Below are positions 22,864-32,946 of a stretch of 64,000 nt of DNA, one piece after another. How positions within the stretch are numbered: the stretch's first letter is position 1; the number at the start of each line of letters is the position of its first letter. The stretch comes from Tetramitus jugosus (taxonomy: Eukaryota; Protista; Heterolobosea), in the NCBI GenBank assembly GCA_937625935.1, contig OW569371.1, positions 124,001 to 188,000 of the forward strand, written 5' to 3'. The translations under genes and the position numbers were made by a program. Under the pieces are notes generated by a model, which saw nothing but the letters and a program-made list of their open reading frames with translations, ran no database searches and was not told where the DNA came from.

Positions 22864-23337
22864 ATGTCTTCGCACAAATGTGTGTTTTGTTCCTATGTCC
22901 AGGATGAAACACCTCCAAGGCCCATCCTGTACCGCGATGATAGAATTCTCGTGTTTGACGACATTTCTCCCAAAGCAGATATCCATTTGCTTGTCATCCC
23001 GAACCAGTGCATTGCGTCCATTCATAGCTTATCTCCCAATCAAGACAGCATTGATTTGTTGACTCATATGCACTCTGTTGGCTATCGCTTGCTCATGGAG
23101 CGATTCACAAGTGCGGCTCAAGGCAAAACGGAACTATTCAAAGCTGAAGAGACAAGGTTTGGCTTTCACAAGCCTCCATTCAACAGTGTGAGGCACTTGC
23201 ACTTGCATTGCATGTACAATCTCAAGTGGTATCACGCATGGAGATACCAGGAACGTTTCCCCAATTTTATATCCGTGAACTGTCTCATCCAAAAGCTCTC
23301 AAAAGCTATGCTTGTCGGACGATCTGACTCGGTCTGA
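22864..23337 (+). CDS. HINT3: HIT-family hydrolase (HINT3-like)
   Basis: CVFC, DISPKADIHLLVIP, GFHKPPFNSVRHLHLH. Confidence 0.85.
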   Translation: MSSHKCVFCSYVQDETPPRPILYRDDRILVFDDISPKADIHLLVIPNQCIASIHSLSPNQDSIDLLTHMHSVGYRLLMERFTSAAQGKTELFKAEETRFGFHKPPFNSVRHLHLHCMYNLKWYHAWRYQERFPNFISVNCLIQKLSKAMLVGRSDSV

Positions 23338-23525
23338 TTCCGGCACCAAAAATCAACGTGCGCAATCCAGAAGTTTCTCTTCCAACTTGCAAAAAAATCC
23401 CGAGCTTTTTTTTGCATGCCAAGCAAAAACAACAAAACACACATCCAACACAAGCAACAGATAAGGTGCAATCTCGTTGATATTATCAAAAATAATATCA
23501 AGGCCACAACAACATAAAAACAATC

Positions 23526-26500
23526 ATGCAACAACAGCAGCAGCAGAAGCATCACTTGAGGCACACAGCTCTGTTGCTTCTTCTTCTATTCATATTCACT
23601 GTTGTTGTTGTTGATGCAACAGTCAACTCAACTGCATACTTGAAAGCTGGTTCGAACAGTAATTTTGTTTTTGTTGAACAAGCATCAGCAGCAGATGCAC
23701 CGCGAGTCACTCAGATTCAAGTTTTTATAATTCCTCATTCGCATTGTGACCCTGGTTGGAAAAGTAAGTGTTTTCCTATTTCTTTCGTGTTATTGTTTTG
23801 TTCGTTCATAATTTAACTCTTTTTATGTTTGTTGTGTTTATTTGTGAATGATATGGTGTTTTCTCAGAAACTCTGGACACTTATTTCCAACAGAATGTGA
23901 CCAACATTTTGACCAATACTTTGAATGCGTTGGCCAGTGATCCAAAGAAGAGATTTGTTTGGGCAGAGACAGTGTATTGGAAAATGTGGTGGGAGCAGCA
24001 GACTCTGGCAACGAAAACCCTAGCAAAAGCTCTTGTACAAAATGGTCAATTAGAGGTAAGGCAATCAAATTATTGATCGCTTGTCTTAATCACACTTTTG
24101 TTAAAGAATGATTTTTATGATGAATGATGATAATGTAGTTTGTGAATGGTGGTTTCGTGATGCATGATGAAGCCACACCAGACTATATTGCAATGGTGGA
24201 TCAAATGACAGAAGGTCATCAATATCTAATGAAGACAATGGGTGTGAAGCCAAGAGTCGGTTGGAGCATTGATCCGTTTGGTGCGAGTCGAATCAATCCA
24301 GTGTTGAACAAATTGATGGGAATGCAGTATCATGTGATTAATCGAGTGGATGATCGATTAAAATTCGTATGTTGTTGTTAGTTGATGTTTGTTTGTTTGC
24401 CAGATGCAACCAGTCAAACAACAACAGATTTTACAATTGTGAATGAAAAAGCATTAACCATTCATTTGTAATTTCTCATTACTATCACAAAAGGAGTATG
24501 ATGATATACCGGATTCAGGTCAATATATTCGTGAGAAGAAATTTGAGTTTTATTGGTCAGGATCGCATAACTACTTGGACACGGCGAGTATATTTACGCA
24601 CATTTTGGAGCATCATTACTCTTCACCAGTCTATTGCCAGGATAACACTTGTTCTGGATTTGATTTTGAGGGAGATGCAACTGAGAATCCTCCAATTACT
24701 AGTCATAATATTGATGAGAGAGCAAGGTTGTTGGCGTCCATTCTTCAGAATACGAGTCTTTCCTATCGCACACGAAATATATTGGTTCCGTTTGGAAATG
24801 ATTTTCGATTCCAAGATGCTGAGCTTGAATTTAGTAACATGGATAAGTTGATCAAGTACATTAACGCTAATTCGAGGTTTAATATCAATATCAAGTATGC
24901 GACATTGAGCGAGTATTTTGATTCGGTCATGAAAGAGTCTGATTCGTCGACTTTCCCTGTGAAGAATTGGAACGATGACAATTTTGCAGACTATTTTCCC
25001 TATACAAACTGCTGGGGTAGTGATGTCGACATTTCTGGAAATTGTATAGCATATTGGTCCGGATATTTTACGAGTCATCCGGAATTCAAGGCATTTGTAC
25101 GTGCAGCCCAGCGACTGTCAAGAACAGCCGAGGCAATATTTTCCTTAGGTATCGCCCAGAAAGAAACCATACAGTATCTGGAAGAGAATTTAACTACATC
25201 TGCAAATCAAGGAGCATCTGTCTCATGGGATAATCTCTATCGAGGATTGAGCCAGCTAAGAGAAGCAGTTGCATTGGCACAGCATCATGACGCGATAACT
25301 GGCACAGAAACAGAAGAAGTTTTGGTTGATTATGTTGCGAGAATTTCAGCTGCCATGCCGAAAGCCGAGTTTCTCATTCAGCAGATGCTGTCATTCTTCT
25401 TAGTCAAGAACACGACGAGACCAAATCTTTCGTTTTCTTCTCATCATATCATGAACACTTCAATGTTCGAGGTAGGTGAGACCCAGGCTCCAGTTGTCAT
25501 CTTTAATTCATTGGGCTGGGAGCGCTCAGAGTATGTTAGAGTACCCGTTAATTCGTCCCAATTGGAAGTTATTTCTCATGACGCGCAACCCATTCCTTTC
25601 GATATTGTGAACTACGAGGATGGAACATATGATCTTTACTTCTTGGCAACTATCCCACCATTGGGATTCAATACTTACTTTATTAGAAAAACTCAGTATA
25701 CAGGAGAGCTTGTTCATGAAGGTAGAGGATATTTTGACGATGATAACAGCACTATTTCTCTGAATAACGAGTTTTTGGAGGTTATTTTCGGTCCTCATGA
25801 TGGAAATAATCCACCATATGTTCTACAGTCCATACGTAACAAGGTCACTGGCGAAGTCACCATCATTAATCAGCAGTTAATGCAATATACGAGCTGGAAG
25901 GATGGAGCATACATCTTCCGTCCAACAAGCGATGCTGAGCCGTTGCAGTTCGAACCAGAATATGTGTCAATTGAGTTATTCCAAGGAGAAAACGTGCAAG
26001 AGATACGACAACAACTCACAAACAATGTAACACAAATATTCCGAGTATATAATGGATTCGAGGATCCGGAAGTGTGCTTTTTTGTCGAAATGGAAACCAT
26101 TGCAGCAACTGCTAACAATAAGGAGTTAATTTCTCGATTCTCAATGTCAACAAATGGTACACCACCTGTTACACAATTGTTTACAGACAGCAACGGTTTT
26201 GAGATGACCGAGCGACCATTTGCGATCCGTTTTAATGATACAACCAAACAGAGTTTAATTGCTGGAAATTATTATCCAATGGTCAGAAGCGCATTTATTC
26301 GAGAATTGGAACCACATGGTACCCAGTTCACATTAATGGCACGACACTCTATGGGTGTAGCCAGCTTATCGAATGGTTCAATTGAGTATATGATTAATAG
26401 GAATAGTTTGACTGATGACGGACGAGGATTGGGTCAACCACTCAATGTTTCACAGCCGATATCGACAATCGTCCGATTTATGGTCGGTTCGCGCACTTTG

Positions 26501-27160
26501 TCTGAGGATCTACGACCTCGTATGGCCATGAAATTTGAGTATACATTGGATCAATTGTATGTTGTGACCTATGCGAACAAATCTGATGACTCGAGCAGGT
26601 CTGTTGTGCCTAATCAAGAACAATGGCCACAATACTATGTGTCTTATCAGAGTGCATTGAGTGCATCATTGCCTCAATCAGTTATGATTGCCTCGTTCCA
26701 GACAAGAGAAAACATCACTGTTTTTTCCAATACTACGCAACCTCAGGCAACCCCGTTACAATACTCCAAAGTTGTGTTGCGACTGCATCATTTATATTCT
26801 CGAAAGTCGAACATGTTGTACAGTCACAAGAACTCCATTTTCGTGTCCACGTTATTCGAGGGCAGTACTGTTGATATGACTGAAACTACTCTTTCCTTGA
26901 TGCATACTCTGAATTACAATGTTCCTGATGTGATTCGGCTGGAACCTGGTCAAATACGAACATTTGTAATGAGACTCAACAAGAATGGTCAGTTGACCAA
27001 CAATGTTTTCAGCTGGTTCCAGCTGGAATCATACTTGTTTGGTCTCGGTTCTTGTTTCTTTGGCATTGTAGTGTTTGTCATTCTGGCATACATTTTTGTC
27101 CAAATCACAAAGAAGAATCGAGCAGTAGAGGACGAGGAGGAAGATTATGAAGAGATTTAA
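23526..27160 (+). CDS. Glycoside hydrolase family 38 alpha-mannosidase with C-terminal TM helix
   Basis: IPHSHCDPGW, RFVWAE, GGFVMHDEA, WSIDPFG, YWSGYF, QHHDAITGT, TDSNG, AGNYYP, DDGRG. Introns 23764-23867, 24056-24138 and 24367-24493 restore a single frame. Confidence 0.93.
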
Positions 27161-27270
27161 ACTGGTGTGGAACGCTAGTGCAAGGTTGGAGATAGATTTT
27201 TAGGTTGTGCGCAAACACATTGTCGAACGGAGAAGAAAGAAAAGAAACGAATTCTACTATTTACATATAT

Positions 27271-28566
27271 TTATTTTATCAAAATCCTAGATGGTTCATT
27301 GTGTGGTATGACAGCTTTCCTAGTGCTGTTGTTGTTTTTCGATTGTCTCTTTTTCTTGTTGTTCCGAGACCGGTTGCTGTTGCTATTAGTAGATGGAAAG
27401 TTGTCTGGCAAGGTCCACCAGCATCCCTTCTCCTCTTCCTCGACGATTTCTGTTTCCGAAGATGCCACAACAACTGGGTTTGAATCTGGTTCAGGCTGTT
27501 TGTCATACCTCGACGCTCCGGGCGATTCAGGTGTCCACGCTGAATGCTGAGAAAAGGTGTGATCATTGGTCGGACAGTACACTTCAAAACCGGTTCCCAG
27601 ACCAAAGAGAACACCATTGTAACCTGCCAGAGAAAATGGGTCATCCAGGTGAAAGAATCCCATGTCTTGCAATCGGAAGAACACTTGACCAGTGAGCACA
27701 GAGTCACTTCCTGCTTGATGAGTCAATCCACACGATCGTTTCACTCCAATTTCAGAAGCTAACTGATTGAGACCGCCGTTCTTCCATCCACCGACTCCTC
27801 CCATTTCACGCATCATGTGTTTCATGTCATACAACACTGGGAAGAACACTCGAAGCAAGTTCAAGTATTCGGCTTCGGATTCAGGGAGTCGGAGGCCTCT
27901 GTACATGATTCTCAACAAGTAAGCAAAGTCGTAGGCACCGTGGAATGATATCCAAGTGACCATTGAGTTGAAAAGCAATCCGAGAGAACAGAACATGTCC
28001 GAAAAAATTTCATGTCCAATTCCTTCTAATCGATGTCTCTCAAAGTCCATTCCACTTGTCTTCAACAATTGAATCGATGTATCCGCATAGAGATCTCTCG
28101 CAAGATCGAACTGGAAATTAAATTGCCAACAAATAGTGCGATCAGTGCTGTTGTCCGTGATTTCTGGAGTTTCAACTTGGTCATGGTCCGTACCGTAAGT
28201 GGTGAAACAAAGACCGAGTTGTATCATTTTCAAACAATGAACATTTCGCTTCAGGGCTTGATAATGAGGCTCGGATGGTGAATCATGTTGGACTCCTGGC
28301 TGAGAATGGCTGCGATGATGGTAGTTGGCTCGATGGACGACTCCTGGAAATTCAGTGTCAATCGAGATGGCAATCGGCTTACTCTGACTGGAGCACTGCA
28401 ATAGAAATTGAACCAGGCGATTCATTTCTTGGCAGAGATTTCCTGACCAAACATCAATGATCTCAATATTTGGTGGAGGATCGAGTTCTTGAGTGGCCGC
28501 TGCTATGTTACAATTGTTTGGTGGTGAGTCCGGTTCCGATGAGAGTGTGCTGTTGTTGTTATCCAT
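27271..28566 (-). CDS. CAF1: CCR4-NOT deadenylase CAF1/POP2 (DEDD)
   Basis: SIDTEFPG, MIQLGL, WQFNF, WISFHGAYDFAYL, HQAGSDS. Confidence 0.93.
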   Translation of the reverse strand: MDNNNSTLSSEPDSPPNNCNIAAATQELDPPPNIEIIDVWSGNLCQEMNRLVQFLLQCSSQSKPIAISIDTEFPGVVHRANYHHRSHSQPGVQHDSPSEPHYQALKRNVHCLKMIQLGLCFTTYGTDHDQVETPEITDNSTDRTICWQFNFQFDLARDLYADTSIQLLKTSGMDFERHRLEGIGHEIFSDMFCSLGLLFNSMVTWISFHGAYDFAYLLRIMYRGLRLPESEAEYLNLLRVFFPVLYDMKHMMREMGGVGGWKNGGLNQLASEIGVKRSCGLTHQAGSDSVLTGQVFFRLQDMGFFHLDDPFSLAGYNGVLFGLGTGFEVYCPTNDHTFSQHSAWTPESPGASRYDKQPEPDSNPVVVASSETEIVEEEEKGCWWTLPDNFPSTNSNSNRSRNNKKKRQSKNNNSTRKAVIPHNEPSRILIK

Positions 28567-29185
28567 AGTTTGGGTTTGTCCTTCACTTTTTTCTTTGATA
28601 GGTAACGATTCCTATAGTACTTGTTGGGAGAGTATTGTGACAATTTGTCTCTTCTGAGTTTCAACTTGATTGTATTTGTTTTTTGTTTGTTGATAGATTG
28701 GATTGTTTTTTGAAGGAACGCTGAAGTTGCAAACGGTTTGAGAAGAATGAACAAAAGAATATTGCTTTACAAAGGAAGATTGTATAATTAGATTGTAATC
28801 TACAAGTATGGGAAGATTCGAACGACCAATTTTAAGTGGCGGACAATTCAGAAACTGAGGAAGTTCAAAACGGAGTTTTTTCAAGAAAGAAGGTCATTCT
28901 GTGGGCTATTTCTCACTGCATTCTTCTGCTTCTCGATGCATCAAGCGTAGCAGAATTCAAAGAGAAGAGTTGCATCCTCTGTTGTTTACTTATGGAACCT
29001 GGATAACGATCCTGATATAGAGAGATGCTGAACAACGGCGTTTGTGTACACTGTGTGATCTTTCACCTGCCCTACAAACCACCAGAGTGCTCTTTCAAAC
29101 CAAATATGAGATGTTCCTGCTCACACATGTTTTGATTATAAACCCGAGTTTGGTCAAAAATGACAAAAAAATTTCCTTAATATCA

Positions 29186-29259
29186 GCGGTTGTAGATCAG
29201 TTGGTTAGATCGTGAGCTTAACACGCTCAAGGTCGCCGGTTCGATCCCGGTCAATCGTA
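29186..29259 (+). tRNA. tRNA-Val (AAC)
   Basis: Cloverleaf: acceptor GCGGTTG/CAATCGT, D arm GATC-AGTTGGTTA-GATC, anticodon arm TGAGC-TTAACAC-GCTCA, T arm GCCGG-TTCGATC-CCGGT, discriminator A. Downstream T runs fit a Pol III terminator. Confidence 0.95.
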
Positions 29260-29308
29260 AATCTTTTCTTCTTTTGGGCGAACACACTTCGGGCATTCAA
29301 AAACAAAC

Positions 29309-30442
29309 ATGCAAGAACCTTCATTTTCTTGTCATCACCTGATAGATGATCATTCTGGAGGAATTAACTATATTGATTCGTTGAACTTGCTTTCATTGGT
29401 CAACCAGCCTCTCAGTCTCTCGGTTGTTACGCAAAGTACTTTGCTTTGTTCTTCTTCTGAATCACTCAGCAACAAACAAGAACAACAAGGAGCTTTATAC
29501 CTGTTGGCCAGTGCTGCGGATGACCAATGTATAAAACTGTGGCTCTATAGACAAGCCAATGAAACAACTTCCAGCATTTTAACTTGTGTTCACACAATTG
29601 AGAAGGCACATGATGGAGATGTCGAGTGTGCAAGGTTTTTCATTCATAACAAGGTTCTGTATGTTGTGTCATGTGCCTATGACATTACGTGTAAGATTTG
29701 GAAATTGAACGGATGTATTAATATTACGTGTGGTGATGATAGTGAGACGCAAGACATTGATCTTTCGCATAAGTTGGTCACGACTTTGACTGGGCATACG
29801 AGACCTGTTTGGACGCACGACATGGTTGAACACAATGGAACAATGGTTGTTGTAACAGGAGCCGTCGACAACAACCTGCAATACTATTCGAATGCGTTGG
29901 AGAAATCGACACCAGACACTGTTATGGTTGGTCATAAGAAAGCAGTGAGGTGTGTGCGTTTTTCAACCAACACCGCAGATCAGTTAACGTGCATCAGTGG
30001 GTCATATGACATGAAATTACTCGAGTGGAACGTTTTGGATGGCACTTGCATTCGTGTGTTTGATTCTTGCTTGCACAAGGCAACCATTACATTGCTGCAC
30101 ATGGAACTAGATAGAAATATTTTGTTTACGGGAAGTTTTGACTCAAAGGTTCGTTGCATCGAGTACGACAGTGGTAACTTGTTGCAAACCTACTCTGGTT
30201 GCAATCCCATCTTTGGTCTTTCTATCACGGACAAGTACATTGGTTTTGGAGGCTCAAATCGCACTTGGTACATGTTCGATCGGACAGATGATAAGCAACT
30301 TTGTGCCATTAAACTGAGCGATCTCAGTCACCGAATTAATGCTGCTGTTTTGCTACCAATGGATACAGTAGTATTCGCTCACGGCAGTACTATCTCCATT
30401 CTTAAAATTCGAGAGGAAACAAGCACCCAACATGTTGAGTAA
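29309..30442 (+). CDS. WD40-repeat protein
   Basis: LASAADDQCIKLW, GHTRPVW, GHKKAVRCV...SGSYDMKLLEW, TGSFDSKVR. Confidence 0.88.
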   Translation: MQEPSFSCHHLIDDHSGGINYIDSLNLLSLVNQPLSLSVVTQSTLLCSSSESLSNKQEQQGALYLLASAADDQCIKLWLYRQANETTSSILTCVHTIEKAHDGDVECARFFIHNKVLYVVSCAYDITCKIWKLNGCINITCGDDSETQDIDLSHKLVTTLTGHTRPVWTHDMVEHNGTMVVVTGAVDNNLQYYSNALEKSTPDTVMVGHKKAVRCVRFSTNTADQLTCISGSYDMKLLEWNVLDGTCIRVFDSCLHKATITLLHMELDRNILFTGSFDSKVRCIEYDSGNLLQTYSGCNPIFGLSITDKYIGFGGSNRTWYMFDRTDDKQLCAIKLSDLSHRINAAVLLPMDTVVFAHGSTISILKIREETSTQHVE

Positions 30443-30640
30443 ACATATGATCGAATTCACTGTTGAAGCATTCCAGGGCTGAGTGGGTTTCGACCTATGA
30501 TGGGAAGAATGCAGAGGGGTGTAAAATATTGGTTTCAGAGTGACCATCCCCATAATAAAGTGGTTGGGCCACCTCGCCATAAACCAATAAGCCCGAAGTT
30601 TTGCGCGGGAACAGAAAAATCACAACAAAAAGCAAAACGG

Positions 30641-32611
30641 ATGAAACGGTCAATCGTAAACGAAACTCACAAGCACTCTCAGAGCAGAAACGACTATAAT
30701 GAGGACGAGGACGAAGAAAATGATCAGTTAGCTCAGGTCGCTCAATCATTTATCGATGAAGAGGACAGCAGTGGAAGTGGTTTTTCTTCTTTTAACGTGT
30801 ATACGAATGCTAGGTTGGTTGCTTCTAGCTCTAAATCAGTTGCGGCAGCGAGTACTCCTGTCTCTATGAATCATGGAGGTGAAAAATCTTCTTCTGAGAG
30901 GAAACATTTTGATCCAAAGAGCTCTGATGCTCGTCATCATCAGAAAAGTGCCTTAGCTTTCACTCGAGATGATGAATACGATGAGTATGCTTACAACTTG
31001 GATGACCCATATGATATGAATGACGGTGAAACGGTTGAAAGAGGAGGAACTAACGAAGACATTGATGACGATGATGATGGTGACACGAGTTCTATTGACT
31101 CGAACATTGACGATATTCTGCAGTATTCCATTGATGACGCACCGTCAGGGACAGTGAACATGAATGAAATCAATTTTGAACTTCAGAGTCTACAAAGAAG
31201 AATAGAGACCAGCTCGTTAAAGACGCAATCGGGATCTCCAGCAACCATGACGGTCAAGAACTCTTCTCCACAACAACTGATTTCCAGCCTGAATCAATCA
31301 ACTACTACATCTACACCAACCACAACACATAGTTTTCCCGGCACCAAACGGTCTCCTGTTGTACCTAATACTCCACAACAAATGAATGAAAGAAAGGAGT
31401 ACGAATCTCAAATTAGAGAACTGGAGAGAAGAGTAACAGAACTGGAGGAAAAACTTCGAGTCTCGGAAAATAATGAACAACATTCGAAGGAAGCTTACGA
31501 TAATGAAGCAGAATTAACAAATCAGCTAAAGGATATTAACACGAGACTTAGTGTTACTATCAGTGCACAGAGTCGGCAAATTGATGTACTGCAGCAAGAA
31601 CTTCAAGTTCAGACTGATTCGAACAATCACAAGCAGCTTCTTGTTTCACAGTTGGAGCAACAAAACGCAATTAACGAGAAAAATTACACTCAGCAGCTCT
31701 CTGATTTAAAAAAGAAGTTACATAGAGCTGTGCAAGAAATTAAGAAACAGCGAGCCTTCATTGATCGGATTCGAGCAAATGAAATCCAACAAAAGAACCA
31801 ATTAGAGACTCAGAAATCGAACATCATCAACGAACTAAAGTCCACGATAGAAACTTTGAAAGCGAGCAATATTGAAATGGAGACGAGATGCAATTCCATG
31901 TTTGAAGAGAATTCTCGCCTACGAAAGGATCGTGCTGAACTGTTTGATGAACGAAATGCACTCGAACAAGACCGAGATAACAAGCAGGAGCAGTTAAGTA
32001 ACCTACAGCAAGAATTTAAAGCTTTCGAGACTGAATTTAGAAAGGTAAAATCCAAGTACGATGAATTCAGTAAGCATTACGCAGAGATGGTCAGAGAAAG
32101 AAAGGAGGAACAACACACGAGTGGTGGTTCTAGAAATTCCAGTAGGGAGTCGAGAGTAGCAGAGCGAAAAAGACCTCAATCAGCATCTGCGGCAACACAA
32201 AAGATGAGATCTCACCTGAACATTGGTTCTTCTCCAAGCTTTCAATCACAAGGAGACGTGGGAGTCTCATCAACTCAGATGAAATCGTACAGCGCTCCTC
32301 CAAAGGTTCGTACTAACTCTGCTCGCACACCAGCTTCAGAAAAACGAGAGAGTACCGAACAAGATATACTGGCCAACGATTCTTTGTTCCTCTCTGATCA
32401 ACCTCAGGATTATCTTGACATTCCATTTTACAAGGATACACGATACTTGAAACAAAAGTTATTAACTGAAAGAAAGAGAGTAGAGTTGAAGAATATAGAG
32501 ATTGCAGGCTTGAAGGAAATGTTGTACAAGTCGCAATTGAAATCCAAAGAGAAAACCAAATCAGCAGCAAAGAAGAGGATTCAGAATGAACTCTCTTCCT
32601 TGACACGTTGA
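30641..32611 (+). CDS. Long coiled-coil protein (centrosomal/ciliary-like)
   Basis: Acidic disordered N-terminus followed by about 240 aa of heptad-rich sequence and an RPQSA motif. Start 30641 is inferred; the ORF is open from 30497. Confidence 0.75.
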   Translation: MKRSIVNETHKHSQSRNDYNEDEDEENDQLAQVAQSFIDEEDSSGSGFSSFNVYTNARLVASSSKSVAAASTPVSMNHGGEKSSSERKHFDPKSSDARHHQKSALAFTRDDEYDEYAYNLDDPYDMNDGETVERGGTNEDIDDDDDGDTSSIDSNIDDILQYSIDDAPSGTVNMNEINFELQSLQRRIETSSLKTQSGSPATMTVKNSSPQQLISSLNQSTTTSTPTTTHSFPGTKRSPVVPNTPQQMNERKEYESQIRELERRVTELEEKLRVSENNEQHSKEAYDNEAELTNQLKDINTRLSVTISAQSRQIDVLQQELQVQTDSNNHKQLLVSQLEQQNAINEKNYTQQLSDLKKKLHRAVQEIKKQRAFIDRIRANEIQQKNQLETQKSNIINELKSTIETLKASNIEMETRCNSMFEENSRLRKDRAELFDERNALEQDRDNKQEQLSNLQQEFKAFETEFRKVKSKYDEFSKHYAEMVRERKEEQHTSGGSRNSSRESRVAERKRPQSASAATQKMRSHLNIGSSPSFQSQGDVGVSSTQMKSYSAPPKVRTNSARTPASEKRESTEQDILANDSLFLSDQPQDYLDIPFYKDTRYLKQKLLTERKRVELKNIEIAGLKEMLYKSQLKSKEKTKSAAKKRIQNELSSLTR

Positions 32612-32946
32612 TCATTATTGGTGTAAACTTGAGCTTACTCTACTTGTGACAACTTGAAACCCGTCTTTCTGATCCTCTACAATTTGTCACTCCTTTACTT
32701 GTGATTACAATTCAAATCTTATTAATTTCAGTCGTCACTGCTGTCTTGTTTCCAATAGATAGCTCATGAACTTAGTTAGACAGATCAATTCTTAGGTTCC
32801 GATAGAGATGATAATGGTTGGGGCTTTTCATTGCAAATTGAATGATATCAACAAGAGAGAAACGATAAAAGATGCCCCAGTTCATCACAACTCAGATTCG
32901 TTCGTTCTTTGTTTGCGGACAGATAAAACACCTCCAGATCCACTCT

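Noticed and set aside
28570-29180. Long spacer before the tRNA with small ORFs and a short TTCTGCT/AGCAGAA stem
   Set aside because: No recognisable snRNA, snoRNA or SRP motifs; consistent with the CAF1 5' UTR and promoter.
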